NCBI GenBank assembly: GCA_030754595.1
Contig: JASLZZ010000129.1
Span: forward strand, 32,001 to 96,000
Direction: 5' to 3'
DNA from: Nitrospinota bacterium
Lineage (GTDB): Bacteria; UBA8248
DNA: 64,000 nt
Shown here: positions 30,143-40,821 of the stretch, piece by piece
Position numbering within the stretch: the first letter of the stretch is position 1
How the letters are laid out: the number at the start of each line of letters is the position of its first letter
The notes under the pieces: generated by a model
Databases searched by the model: none
Told to the model about the DNA's origin: nothing
What the model saw: the letters and a program-made list of their open reading frames with translations, nothing else
Position numbers and translations under genes: made by a program

Positions 30143-31576
30143 TTAAATCGTCGAGGTGATGACGGGCCTTCCGATCCCCTGGAAAGCCTCGCCCACCTCG
30201 TCGGCCGCCCGCGAGGCCGCCTCGAAGGCCTCCTGCGCCAGCTCCCGGCTTTTCTCGGCGAAATGGCGGGCCGACCCGGCCACCCGCTCCTTGGCGCCGG
30301 CGGCGAATGCGCTCGCCTGCGTGGAGAACTCCGCCGCCTGGGCGGCGGCGTACTTGGCCTGCTCGACGGCGGCCATGCCCAAGTCCTTGGCCCGCTCGAG
30401 GAGTTCCTTCGCCGCCTGGTCGGCGGCCTCGATGGCGCCCTGCTGTTTATGCGTGATCGCCTCGGCGGCGTGCTGGAGCGCCCGGGCGGCGGCCTCCTTG
30501 GCATCGGCCGCGGCCTTGAGGGCCGCCTCGTATGCCTCGGCCGCCGAGGGCATTTGGGGCACCTCGACCGGAATCGTCGGGTCGGTCTGGGTCCGAAGGA
30601 CGCCGGTCGCCGGCGCCCCCATCGCTCGTCCCGCCGGCGCCGTCCGCCGCTCGTCGGCGGCGCGGAGGGCCTCCTCGTCCACCATGATGTCGATCCGCCT
30701 GGCGACGACGCGCCGGCTCGGCTCGTTGATGCTCCAGGCGAGCCCGGCCGCCCCCATCAGGCGGATGAGATAATAGGTGATGTCCACCTCGAACCAGCGC
30801 TGGCCGTGGGCCGCCGAGCGCTGATCGGCGTGGTGGTTGTTGTGCCAGCCCTCGCCGAAGACGATGAGCGCCACCCACCAGCTGTTCGTGCTCTCCTCGT
30901 CGGTCCTGTAGTTGCGGTAGCCCCACAGGTGGGTCGCCGAGTTGACGAACCAGGTCGCGTGCCAGAGGGCGACCTGGCGCACAAACACCCCCCAGACGAG
31001 CCAGGAGGCGCCGAGCCCGCCCCAGAGCTCGCCCGCGAAATAGACCAAGGCGGCGAAGGCCACCCATATCCAGAAAAAATGGCGGTCGAAAAAGCGCTGG
31101 ACCGGGTCCCGGTCCAGATCCTTGGCGAAGCGGCAGTACTCCCCGTAGGCGTGGCACCCGGGCATCGTCACGAAGAGCCAGCCAATGTGGGCCCACAGGA
31201 AGGTGACGAGCGGTGAGTGCGGGTCCGGCTCGTCGTCGGCCTCCTTGTGGTGGATCCGGTGCTGGGCCACCCACTGCATCGGCCCGCTTTGAAGGGCCAG
31301 CACTCCGCAAAACGTCAGGAAATATTCCATCCACTTAAAAGTCTGAAAGCTCCTGTGGGTCAGCAGCCGGTGAAAGCACATCGTGATGCCGAGCATCCCG
31401 GCCACGAAATAGATAACGACGCCCAACACCAGCCCCGAGCGGCTGTAGTAGGCCGGGTCGAGGGCAGACAGCGCGGCGAGATGAATCCCCCCGATGACAA
31501 GGACGGTCAACCACATCACCTTTCGCTCGCTCTTCCGGTGTACGGCGAGACGTTTATTTCCAGGATCGGGCACCAA
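30143..31576 (-). CDS. Delta-9-type fatty acid desaturase with a long Ala-rich C-terminal extension
   Basis: His boxes HRLLTH, HRIHH and GEGWHNNHH; DPHSP; NSATH; TTG start after GGAGG. Confidence 0.9.
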   Translation of the reverse strand: MVPDPGNKRLAVHRKSERKVMWLTVLVIGGIHLAALSALDPAYYSRSGLVLGVVIYFVAGMLGITMCFHRLLTHRSFQTFKWMEYFLTFCGVLALQSGPMQWVAQHRIHHKEADDEPDPHSPLVTFLWAHIGWLFVTMPGCHAYGEYCRFAKDLDRDPVQRFFDRHFFWIWVAFAALVYFAGELWGGLGASWLVWGVFVRQVALWHATWFVNSATHLWGYRNYRTDEESTNSWWVALIVFGEGWHNNHHADQRSAAHGQRWFEVDITYYLIRLMGAAGLAWSINEPSRRVVARRIDIMVDEEALRAADERRTAPAGRAMGAPATGVLRTQTDPTIPVEVPQMPSAAEAYEAALKAAADAKEAAARALQHAAEAITHKQQGAIEAADQAAKELLERAKDLGMAAVEQAKYAAAQAAEFSTQASAFAAGAKERVAGSARHFAEKSRELAQEAFEAASRAADEVGEAFQGIGRPVITSTI

Positions 31577-31946
31577 TCCATACCTCCCTTTGCAATGAAT
31601 TCAGACCGGGATGCGTGGATATCACACCGCGCGGCGCCGCGGCGTCCGCTGCACGAGGCGCCCGGTGCTCGGATGCTCTCCGGGCGGGTCCCTGCCCCCA
31701 ACAAAACGATCACTCCCGATACCCGCCCATGTTTGGCGAGGTAAATCCAAAAATCAAGCCGAAACCATCTGAAATATAAATTTTTCCTGACTTTTCAGGG
31801 GCCTTAGCTCCGGCCCCCACTTCGGCCTTAGCTTCGACCTTCATTCCGAGGCCCCACTTCGGCCTCCAGTAGCCTCCCATTTTCCGGGCCGATGTCATAC
31901 GTTGGCAACATACGTATTCATCACCACTTTTCATCAGGAGCCCGCG

Positions 31947-32831
31947 ATGCCCGAAATCGAGGCCAACGGAATCAAACTTTTCTATGAAACCTCCGGCAAG
32001 GGGACGCCCGTCGTCTTTGTCCACGAGTTCGCGGGCGACCACCGGAGCTGGGAGGACCAGGTCCGCTTCTTCGGCCGGCGCTACAAGACCGTCGTCTATA
32101 ACGCCCGGGGGTTTCCACCCTCCGAGGTTCCAGAGGAGGTCTCGGGCTACAGCCAGGATCTCGCCACCGGCGATCTCGCCGGGCTCATCCACGCCCTCGA
32201 CCTCGCCCCGGCCCACGTCGTCGGCCTCTCGATGGGGGGCTTCGCCTCGCTCCACCTCGGGCTGCGCCACCCCGAGCTGGCCCGCTCGTGCGTCGTGGCC
32301 GGCTGCGGCTACGGCTCGGTGATGAGCGAGCGCGAGCGTTTTCAGCGGGAGACCCGGGAGGTCGCCCGCCGCTTCCTCGACGAGGGCTTCGAGAAATTCG
32401 CCGAAACCTACACCACCGGGCCCACCCGCGTTCAACTCGAACGCAAGGACCCGGCCGCCTTCGCCCGCTTCCAGCGCCACTTCGTCGAGCGCTCCGCCCT
32501 CGGCTCGGCCAACACCATGCGCGGCCTCCAGAGCGCCCGCCCCTCGGTCTACGAGCTCGAGGAGGCCATGAAAAAATCTCGCGTCCCCACCCTCATCCTC
32601 ACCGGCGACGAGGATGAGCCCTGCCTCGAGCCGGGCCTGTTCATGAAGCGCACCATCCCCACCTCAGCGCTCGTCACCTTCCCCAACGCCGGCCACCTCA
32701 TCAACCTCGAGGAGCCCGCCATGTTCAACCGCACCGTCCTCGACTTCATCACCGAGGTGGACGCCGGACGCTGGCCCACCCGCGACCCGCGCTCGATCAG
32801 CGCCTCATCATTGATGCAGGAGGACAAGTAG
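31947..32831 (+). CDS. Alpha/beta fold hydrolase
   Basis: FVHEFAGD, GLSMGG, GDED, GHLINLEEP. Confidence 0.88.
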   Translation: MPEIEANGIKLFYETSGKGTPVVFVHEFAGDHRSWEDQVRFFGRRYKTVVYNARGFPPSEVPEEVSGYSQDLATGDLAGLIHALDLAPAHVVGLSMGGFASLHLGLRHPELARSCVVAGCGYGSVMSERERFQRETREVARRFLDEGFEKFAETYTTGPTRVQLERKDPAAFARFQRHFVERSALGSANTMRGLQSARPSVYELEEAMKKSRVPTLILTGDEDEPCLEPGLFMKRTIPTSALVTFPNAGHLINLEEPAMFNRTVLDFITEVDAGRWPTRDPRSISASSLMQEDK

Positions 32832-32943
32832 GGGAATCTTCGGTGGCAGACACGGCCCGACGCCGCCGGGAAGAGGCTGGACGGGAGATGGATCGAACAG
32901 CCCCCCCCACCGTTCACGGCCGTGTAAGGGGATTTCCCTTACC

Positions 32944-34132
32944 TTACTCTCCCGATTGTTTCATCTCCTTCTCGGGATCGGTGACGGTGAAGGCGAAGAT
33001 AAGCGCCACGACAACCAACAACATCGCGATGATGTCGAGAGAGTGTGCATAGCTCATCCGGGCGATGAGGAATCCCGCGACGATGGGCCCCGCCGATTCG
33101 CCGATATCCCAGATCGTGCCAAAGACGCCCATGGCCGCCCCCATGCGGCCCGCCTTGACGAGATCCGCCACAAGGGCCGTGGTGACGGGGTGACCGAAGC
33201 CACACCGAGCCCAAGAAGGGCAGAAGAAATAATCAGAAATTGAAAACTATCTCCGCGGAAGGTGACGGGAAGGGAGCCGGCGCACAGAAGAAGGCCGATG
33301 ATGATCACGGGCTTGCGCCCGACCCGGTCCGAGGACCATCCCGCGAGCGGCTTCGCCGCCATGGCAGTCGCGGGCTGCGCCCCGAGGACAATTCCGATCT
33401 GGGCGTCGTTGAGCGAGGCCGCCTTGGCGTAAATCGGAATAAACCCGAGGAAAGTGCCGTATCCCACGTACATGACGGCTTCGAGGCCCGAGGCGATGAC
33501 CACCGGCGGGCTGGACAGGACCTCCATGATTCCGTCGCGAAACTTTTTCCAGCGGGTATCCGCGACGGATGCGCTCCGCTCTTCGGCAGCGGGAGGCTCG
33601 GGCAGAAACACGAGGGCCAGCAAAGTAATGACCCCCAAAACCCCCACCAGGAGGTAGGTGGCGCTGTAGCTCGCCGTGTAGAACAAAACCGTCCCGCCTG
33701 CGAGCGGGCCCACCGTAGAGCCGACATCGTTCGCGGATGCGTACCAGCCCAGTTTGACCCCTCTCCCCTCTTCGGCGAGATCCGCGATATAGGCCGCCGC
33801 CACCGGAGAAAAGTTAGCGGTGGCGAAGCCATGCAGGAAACGCAGCAGGAGAAGAGAAATCGGACCGGTTACAAATGGATACATGAAGGGCGGAAACGCG
33901 AAGAAAAAGCACCCCAGCAGCATCATCCGTTTTTTCCCGATTACATCGGAGAGCGCTCCGGCGGGAAGTTTGACGAAAATGCCGTGATCGTTGAAGCTGC
34001 GACAATGACTCCCAGAAGTTCCGGCGATGCCCCCAGGTCCTGTGCGAATCGGGGAAGGATGGGGCTTCTGGCCATCTGATAGCCCAGACGGGACAGCATC
34101 GAAGCAATAACGACCGCCATGAACGCGTTCAT
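32944..34132 (-). pseudogene. MFS transporter with two frameshifts
   Basis: Three ORF pieces join into a 12-TM MFS (GALSDVIGKKR, GWSSDRVGRK) with single-base deletions near 33983 and 33185. Confidence 0.8.
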
Positions 34133-34313
34133 CGGCTATCTCCCCCGATTATTGCCTTCACGAAAAAGCGCCGCGCTCATTCTTCGGGCTCGTGGTTCGG
34201 CATATGCGCCCACCGGGCGCTCTCCGGCGGCGGGCAAGAGGAAGGATTTACCGGTTGAATTATAAACCGTAGTCGGTCTGAATGGAGGAAAAATCAAGGA
34301 CCCGAATGGACCC

Positions 34314-34805
34314 TCATTTAAGAATTGCCTTAATGGCCTCTTTCATCTCACCTTCCACTTTCTTCATTTTCTCGGGCGCCATATAGGGGTCGATCGATCC
34401 GTACAACATGAAAGAACTCGCCGCCCGCATGCTCGTCCTCAGGTCCGCCTGCAGGAGAAAAGTGGAAGAAAACGCGGTCACCAAGCAGACGGCGAACCAG
34501 GCCGCGTACATTTTGATTTCCCTTGCCTTGTTCTGCAGAAGAATACGCTCCATTCCACTTTCCCTCCCGCGACCCCTCCGACCCCCGCCGCGCGACCGCC
34601 TTCTCCGGTCTCCGCCGGAGCGGGGCCTTTCCTCTCTCCCGTGGCTTGCCCTCATCGTCCGGATGATACTGACGGCCACGAAGGTCATGAATATTCCGTA
34701 CACATTCACGGAGATATCCTTCCAGAGATATCCATGAACGAGGGTCATCCCGTTGACCGAAAAGCTGATCAAAAGGCCGATGAAACCAATAAAGAGGTAA
34801 GCCAT
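34314..34805 (-). CDS. Hypothetical membrane protein (about 3 TM) with an Arg/Gly-rich loop
   Basis: Hydrophobic segments separated by RSGGDRRRRSRGGGRRGRG; AT-rich upstream region; start approximate. Confidence 0.55.
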   Translation of the reverse strand: MAYLFIGFIGLLISFSVNGMTLVHGYLWKDISVNVYGIFMTFVAVSIIRTMRASHGREERPRSGGDRRRRSRGGGRRGRGRESGMERILLQNKAREIKMYAAWFAVCLVTAFSSTFLLQADLRTSMRAASSFMLYGSIDPYMAPEKMKKVEGEMKEAIKAILK

Positions 34806-35239
34806 TTCCATACTCCAATTTACCACGGTGCCGAGGAGTTCAAGGAGCAGGCGGGTGCGGTGGCGACAAAAAATTCTTACAGAAATTTGAAATGCAGGAT
34901 CTAATGAAGGAAAGATACAGCACATGGAGTTATTAGTAAAGTATTATTGCTGTTATTATTTATTGTATACATAAATTTTATTCTCTTAATACTGCACTCC
35001 GAATTCCAGGGGCCTTTAGAAATCAAAGTTAATCTAACAGTATGCGGTAAATAAAATAAAAAGAGGCCGGAATCTCCGTAACCACATGATATGATCCGCC
35101 GAAATTGCCCAGGCGAGAGAACCTCAGATGCTCGGAGATGGTGGCAGCCAAAAAGAGGCCCTGCGGGCGGGGCGGGCGAGAGAGGCACGGGCGGACACGG
35201 ACCCTGCGAGCGGCGACACCCTGCCCGGAGGGCCGGCTA

Positions 35240-36325
35240 TTATTTCGCCATCTTCCGTCCGTGCGCCCGGTGATAGGGGTCGGGGACGTAAGCCAGCTCT
35301 TTTTTCGAGAGCGCGGCGGCGGCGTTTTGGGGCCAGTAGGGGTCCCGGAGCATCTCGCGCGCGAGGAGAACCATGTCGGCCTGACCGTTCCGGATGATCT
35401 GATCGGCCTGGTAGGCCTCGGTAATCATCCCCACCGCCGCGGTGGGAACCCCGGCCTCCCGGCGGACGGCCTCGGCGAAGGGCACCTGATAACCCGCCCC
35501 GACGGGAATCTTGGCCAGCGGGGTTCCGCCGCCTCCGCTGCAGTCGATGAGGTCCACTCCTTCATCCCGGAGGATTTTCGAGAGTTCGACCGTCTCCTCG
35601 AGGGTCCAGCCCCCCTCGGCCCAGTCGGTCGAGGAGACGCGGACGGACATGGGCTTATCCTCGGGCCACTCGGCCCGGACGGTGCGCACGGTGTCCACCG
35701 TGAAGCGGACGCGGTTCTCGAAGCTGCCGCCGTAGTTGTCGGTCCGCTGGTTCGATATCGGCGAGTGGAAGCTGTGCATCAGGTAGCCGTGGGCGGCGTG
35801 GACCTCGAGCCAGTCGAAGCCCGCCGCGATCGCGCGCCGGGCGGTCGCCCGGAATGCCTCCTGGATCTCAGCGATGTCGTCCGGCGTGAGCTCCCGGGGG
35901 ACCGGCGCCTTGTCGTGAAAAGGAACCGGACTGGGTCCCACGATCTCCCATCCCCCCCCCTCGGCCAATAGGTAGTCGCCGCCCACCCAGGGCTGGTCGG
36001 AGCTGGCCTTGCGGCCCGCGTGGCCGAGCTGGAGGGCCGGTACCGCGCCCTGATCGCGCATGAAGCGGACAATGCGCGCCAGCGGCTCGACCTGATCGTC
36101 CGTCCAGAGGCCCAGGCACCCGGGCGTGATGCGCCCCTCGGGCACAACCCCGGTTGCCTCGACCATGACGAGCCCCGCGCCGCCCGCCGCCCGCGCCCCG
36201 AGATGAACGAGGTGCCAGTCACTGGCCATGCCGTCCTCGGCGACGTATTGGCACATGGGCGACACCCCGATCCGGTTGCGGAGGGTCACACCCCGAAGCG
36301 TGAGCTCATCGAATAAATGCGGCAT
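35240..36325 (-). CDS. NADH:flavin oxidoreductase (old yellow enzyme, YqjM/XenA type)
   Basis: NRIGVSPMCQY, QLGHAGRKAS, EVHAAHGYL, NQRTDNYGGSFENR, LRDPYW. Confidence 0.93.
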   Translation of the reverse strand: MPHLFDELTLRGVTLRNRIGVSPMCQYVAEDGMASDWHLVHLGARAAGGAGLVMVEATGVVPEGRITPGCLGLWTDDQVEPLARIVRFMRDQGAVPALQLGHAGRKASSDQPWVGGDYLLAEGGGWEIVGPSPVPFHDKAPVPRELTPDDIAEIQEAFRATARRAIAAGFDWLEVHAAHGYLMHSFHSPISNQRTDNYGGSFENRVRFTVDTVRTVRAEWPEDKPMSVRVSSTDWAEGGWTLEETVELSKILRDEGVDLIDCSGGGGTPLAKIPVGAGYQVPFAEAVRREAGVPTAAVGMITEAYQADQIIRNGQADMVLLAREMLRDPYWPQNAAAALSKKELAYVPDPYHRAHGRKMAK

Positions 36326-36364
36326 TTTTCTGTCCTCTTGGATGATGGAGAAATGATTTTCAGC

Positions 36365-36396
36365 AAAAAGGCCCGGAGCGGAATTCGCCCCGGGCC
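36365..36396 (-). terminator. Rho-independent terminator after the SDR gene
   Basis: Minus strand GGCCCGGGGCG-AATTC-CGCTCCGGGCC followed by TTTTT. Confidence 0.65.
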
Positions 36397-36411
36397 GGGG
36401 GAAGAATAAAC

Positions 36412-37200
36412 TTACGGCGTGCCGCGGCGGCCGCCGCCGTCCATGTAGATGGAGCTTCCGAACGAATAGGAATTCGCCTCAGACGCCAGAAACGTCACCA
36501 TCCGGCCCACTTCCTCGGGCTCGCCTATCCGGCCCGCCGGAATCTTTGAGCCCCGCTCTTTCAAGACCTCCTCGACGTCCTTGCCCTGCTTGTCGGCCTG
36601 GCCCTGGGCCAGATCGCGCGCACGCTGGGTGTTCGTCGCGCCGGGGCAGATAGTGTTGACGATGATGCCGTCGCCCGCCACCGCGTCCGAAAGGCCCCGC
36701 GAGATATTCAGCACTGTGATGTTGGCGAGGCTGGTGGGGATGTTGGCCCGAGTCGGGTTCGCCCCAGCGCCGCCGGCGATGTTGATGATCCGGCCCCAGC
36801 TGTTTTTCTGCATGTGGGGAATGACGAGCTTTGAGAGCCGGATATAGCCGTAGGTTTTCAGGCTAAGCGCATCGGTGAACAGATCAACATCGATATCGAG
36901 AATGTCGCCACCCTTGGCCGCCCCGGCGCAATTGACGAGGATGTCCACACCGCCGAATTTCCCGGCGGCCGCGTCCACCACCTTTTTGCACTCATCGAGC
37001 GTGGTCAGATCGGCGGAGACCGACATGCCCTCCCCGCCCGCGGCGTTGATGTCGGCGACCGCCTTTTCGAGGAGCCCCTCATCGCGCGCCGTCACGCAGA
37101 CCCGCGCGCCCTCACCCGCCAGCTCAATCGCACACTCGCGGCCGATGCCCCGGCTGGCGCCGGTGACGATGGCTCGCTTTCCCTTCAATCCCACATCCAT
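36412..37200 (-). CDS. Short-chain dehydrogenase/reductase (atypical active site)
   Basis: TGASRGIG, LVNCAG, VNTICPG; no canonical YxxxK. Confidence 0.88.
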   Translation of the reverse strand: MDVGLKGKRAIVTGASRGIGRECAIELAGEGARVCVTARDEGLLEKAVADINAAGGEGMSVSADLTTLDECKKVVDAAAGKFGGVDILVNCAGAAKGGDILDIDVDLFTDALSLKTYGYIRLSKLVIPHMQKNSWGRIINIAGGAGANPTRANIPTSLANITVLNISRGLSDAVAGDGIIVNTICPGATNTQRARDLAQGQADKQGKDVEEVLKERGSKIPAGRIGEPEEVGRMVTFLASEANSYSFGSSIYMDGGGRRGTP

Positions 37201-37417
37201 TTCATGCTCCTTTCAAAATACGAATGACGAAAATCGTCAAATAATGCGAACGCAACGGCTCCGGAAGCAACAGCCCGCTTCCTCCCGCTTCCTCCCGTTT
37301 CCCCCCTTTTTTAGGTGACCCCCTATATAACGCCATTTCGGCTTCCCGCCAAGGCGAGACCGGGCTCCTCAAATATGGTATTCCTTCAGGCTCCACCTGC
37401 CGGAAAGGGAGAGTTTC

Positions 37418-38467
37418 ATGGCGGATATCACTGTCGGCGCCGATGCGCTCCACGACTTTTTGACCCGCGCCTACGAGGGCCTCGGGCTTCCCCGGGAGGA
37501 CGCGATCCGCTGCGCCGCCCAGATGGTGGACGCCGAACTCCGGGGGGTGGCCTCTCACGGCTGCGTGCGATTCCCGGTCTTCGCCGACCGCCTCCGGCGG
37601 GGGACCGCCAACCCAAGGCCGAGCGTCCGGACGATCACCGACCATCCGGCCTACTCCCTCCTGGACGGAGACTTGGGGATGAGCGCCGTCGTGGGGAGCC
37701 GGGCGATGGAGGTGGCCATGAGGAAGGCCGCCGCCGCCGGCATCGGGGCCTGCGCGCTCAGGCGCTCTTCGCACACCGGCCACGTCGGCTACCTCGCCGC
37801 CCTCGCCCTCCAAAAGGAAATGATCGGAATCGTCATCAGCGGAGCGGCAGGAAACCTCGCCCCCTGGGGCGGAGCCGACCGCCTGATCGGGAACAACCCC
37901 GTCGCCTTCGCCGTCCCCTCGAACCAGGAGTTTCCAATAATTTTCGACATGGCGACCTCGAAGGTGGCACGGGGCTATGTCCTCCTCGCCGCGCGGGCGG
38001 GCGAGCCGATCCCCGAGGGCTGGGCGCTCGACCCGGAGGGCAACCCGACCACCGACGCCGCGCTCGGCTCGAAGGGGACGATGCTCCCGCTGGGCGGCTA
38101 CAAGGGCTACGGCCTGGCCCTGATGTTCAGTTTCCTGACGGCGGCGCTCTCGGGAAACGGATTCGACGCCGAGCAGCCCGACTGGCTCGACGCCGATCAC
38201 ACCTTCGCCCTCCCCCTGCTCGCCATCGCCATCGACCCTGGCCGCTGCCTCGGCGGCGACTACCAGGCGGCGGTGGACGACGCCGTGTGCCAGGTGAAGG
38301 CCTCGCGTCTCGCGCCAGGCTTCGATGAGATACGGATTCCCGGCGAGGGCGCCCACCGCCGGTACGCCGCCGCGCTTGAGAGCGGCGTCGCCATCAAGGA
38401 AGCCGTCTTCGGCGATCTGAATCGTATCGCCGCCGAGGTGGACGCGACGCCCCTTGCCGCCTCGTGA
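37418..38467 (+). CDS. Ldh_2 family dehydrogenase (ComC-like)
   Basis: AELRGVASHG, SSHTG, GNNP, DMATS, GYKGYGL. Confidence 0.9.
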   Translation: MADITVGADALHDFLTRAYEGLGLPREDAIRCAAQMVDAELRGVASHGCVRFPVFADRLRRGTANPRPSVRTITDHPAYSLLDGDLGMSAVVGSRAMEVAMRKAAAAGIGACALRRSSHTGHVGYLAALALQKEMIGIVISGAAGNLAPWGGADRLIGNNPVAFAVPSNQEFPIIFDMATSKVARGYVLLAARAGEPIPEGWALDPEGNPTTDAALGSKGTMLPLGGYKGYGLALMFSFLTAALSGNGFDAEQPDWLDADHTFALPLLAIAIDPGRCLGGDYQAAVDDAVCQVKASRLAPGFDEIRIPGEGAHRRYAAALESGVAIKEAVFGDLNRIAAEVDATPLAAS

Positions 38468-38652
38468 TCGTTTCTCACGGCCGGCCGAGCCCCGGTGCGC
38501 CGCCTGGTGAAATATCGAAAGCATCCCATTCCTTGAAACCGCCGCCTTCGTTGCTGTAATGTAGGGGCGGCTTCAAAATCCATTCATCCCGATGAGCCCG
38601 GCCAATCACTCGCGGCCCAGGCGAATTTCATCACTTTCACCGGAGGTTTGCT

Positions 38653-38952
38653 GTGGCTAAAGTCGCCATGATGATCGACAAGACGGACCACGTCGCCACC
38701 TGCATCGCCCCGCTCAGGCGCGGGGAGACGGTCGAGCTCATGCTCAGCGGCCGGAAGCGGAAGAAAATCAAGGCCAAACAGAGCATCCCCTTTGCCCACA
38801 AGATCTGCGTCAAGGCGATGAAGAAGGGCGATCAGTGCCTCAAGTACGGCCTCTCGATCGGCTCGGCCACCAAGGAGATCAAGGTAGGCGACTACATTCA
38901 CGTACACAACATCGAAAGCAACCGGGGCCGCGGCGACCTCGAGAATAACTAA
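38653..38952 (+). CDS. UxaA-family SAF-domain small subunit (SuyA-like)
   Basis: DHVAT, IPFAHKI, KYGLSIG, GDYIHVHNIES. Confidence 0.85.
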   Translation: MAKVAMMIDKTDHVATCIAPLRRGETVELMLSGRKRKKIKAKQSIPFAHKICVKAMKKGDQCLKYGLSIGSATKEIKVGDYIHVHNIESNRGRGDLENN

Positions 38953-38965
38953 GGAGAGCGTTTCC

Positions 38966-40165
38966 ATGGCCAGAAGAAAAAAACCGGTTCCCCGGCCCAT
39001 AAAAACCTGGTTCGGGTTCCCGCGCGAGAACGGCGACGTCGGCGCGCGCAACTACCTCCTCGTCCTGAGCGGCACGCTTTACGCCAATCCCACCTGCGAG
39101 CGCGTCGCCCGCACCCTCCGGCACAGCGTCTCCATCACCCACCCGCTGGGCCGGTGCCAGATCGCACCCGACCTCAAGCGCACCTTCGACACCCTCGTCG
39201 CCCACGGCCAGAACGCCAACGCCGGAGCCGTCCTCGTCATCGACCACCACCGCGAGGAGGGCTGCACCGCCGAGGAGATCGCCCACGAGATCGCCAAGTC
39301 GGGCAAGCGCGTCGAGGCGCTCAACATCCGTCTCGGCGGCGGGGCCATTGAAGTCACCGCCCAGGCCACCCGCATCGGCGTGGAGATGATCAGGGAACTC
39401 ACCAACGAGCGCCGGCAGGAGGTGCCCGTCTCGAAACTCCTCCTCGGACTCAACTGCGGCACCTCGGACACGACCTCGGGCATCTCGCACAATAAAGCAA
39501 CCGGCTGGGTCACCGATCAGGTCATCAAGCTCGGCGGCCGGGCCCTTCTCGCCGAGACGACCGAGATGATGGGCGGCGAGGATGTCCTCGCGGACAAGTG
39601 CGTGCGCCCGGCGCTGGGCAAGAGGATATGGGCGATGGTCAACAAGATGGAGGCAGATATCCTCGCCTGCGGGGTCGATCTGCGCGGGAGCCAGCCCACC
39701 GGCGACAACATGGAGGGCGGCCTGACCACCATCGAGGAGAAATCCCTCGGCGCGATCCAGAAGGCGGGCACGGCCCCCATCGTGGACGTGATTCCCTACT
39801 CCGTCCGAGCGAAAAGGACCCCCGGTCTCCACGTCATGGACACCCCCGGCCACGGCGGCGAGTCCATCACCGGCATCGCCGGCGGCGGGGCGCAGGTCCT
39901 GATCTTCTCGACGGGCGGCGGCCACACCATCAACCACCCGCTGATGAGCACGCTGCGCATCACGGGCAACCCGGTTTCGGCCGAGCTTCAGCGCGACACC
40001 CTCGATGTCGATGTCTCCGACATCTTCACCGGAACGCCCATCGAGGTGGCCGGCCGGCGCGTCTACAACGAGGTGATCGACATCGCCAGCGGCAAGATGA
40101 CCAAGGCCGAAATCCTCCACGAGGACAACGCCTTCGCCATCACCCGCACCGGGCCCAGCGTCTAG
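38966..40165 (+). CDS. UxaA-family dehydratase/lyase large subunit (SuyB-like)
   Basis: GFPRENGDVGARN, HPLGR.Q, CGTSDTTSG, NMEGGLTTIEEKSLG, MDTP, FSTG. Confidence 0.87.
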   Translation: MARRKKPVPRPIKTWFGFPRENGDVGARNYLLVLSGTLYANPTCERVARTLRHSVSITHPLGRCQIAPDLKRTFDTLVAHGQNANAGAVLVIDHHREEGCTAEEIAHEIAKSGKRVEALNIRLGGGAIEVTAQATRIGVEMIRELTNERRQEVPVSKLLLGLNCGTSDTTSGISHNKATGWVTDQVIKLGGRALLAETTEMMGGEDVLADKCVRPALGKRIWAMVNKMEADILACGVDLRGSQPTGDNMEGGLTTIEEKSLGAIQKAGTAPIVDVIPYSVRAKRTPGLHVMDTPGHGGESITGIAGGGAQVLIFSTGGGHTINHPLMSTLRITGNPVSAELQRDTLDVDVSDIFTGTPIEVAGRRVYNEVIDIASGKMTKAEILHEDNAFAITRTGPSV

Positions 40166-40194
40166 CGGGCGGCGGGCGCGGCGGGCGCGGCGGA

Positions 40195-40776
40195 ATGCCG
40201 CTCATCACCTACGCCGAGGCGGTGGCCCGCATCGCCGGGGAGGAGCGCGGCGCGGGATGGCTCGCCCACTGCGAGCGCGAGGGAATCTTTCAGCTCCCGA
40301 CCGCCGAGTGGGCCGACGCCATCGCCGGCACCATCGCCCCCATCGGAGCGGAGCGGCCCCTCGAGGTGGGCGCGGGCTCGGGCGTATTCGGCCGGGCGCT
40401 GATCGAGCGCGGCGTTTCAATCCGTCTCACCGATCCGGCGGGGGCGGGGGATGTCGAGCCCTTGGGCGTGGCGGAGGCGCTTGAGCGACACAGACCCGAC
40501 CTGGTTCTTTCCTGCTGGCTTCCCATCGACCTGGGCGCGGAGAAAATCATCTTCGCGCACCCGGAGGTGCGCTGGTATCTGGCGGTCGTTCAGACGGGAC
40601 CGAGATTCACGGGGAGCGAGGCGCTCTGGGCCGATCACGGCTGGCGCTCCAGGCGAATCGAGGCGGCCGACCGCTGGTCCGTCTCCCGGAGCGATTTTCT
40701 CTCCGGGGTGGACCGGGGCGAGCACGTCCACCACGGCGCGGCGTTTCTATTCGAGCGAACTAATTACCATAATTAA
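40195..40776 (+). CDS. Hypothetical protein with a class I SAM-binding motif
   Basis: PLEVGAGSGVFGRAL…LTD, PDLVLSCWLP. Confidence 0.6.
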   Translation: MPLITYAEAVARIAGEERGAGWLAHCEREGIFQLPTAEWADAIAGTIAPIGAERPLEVGAGSGVFGRALIERGVSIRLTDPAGAGDVEPLGVAEALERHRPDLVLSCWLPIDLGAEKIIFAHPEVRWYLAVVQTGPRFTGSEALWADHGWRSRRIEAADRWSVSRSDFLSGVDRGEHVHHGAAFLFERTNYHN

Positions 40777-40821
40777 AATAATATCAAATATATATACGCT
40801 ATAGTCTAGAAAGGACATCGC

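Noticed and set aside
31795..31870. Short repeats (CCCCACTTCGGCCT twice, GGCCTTAGCT twice) upstream of the hydrolase
   Set aside because: Only two copies each, with no clear structure or ORF support, so no function can be assigned.
34900..35060. Very AT-rich tract as possible origin or foreign DNA
   Set aside because: No DnaA-box cluster or mobility genes seen; most simply the promoter region of the 34314..34805 gene.
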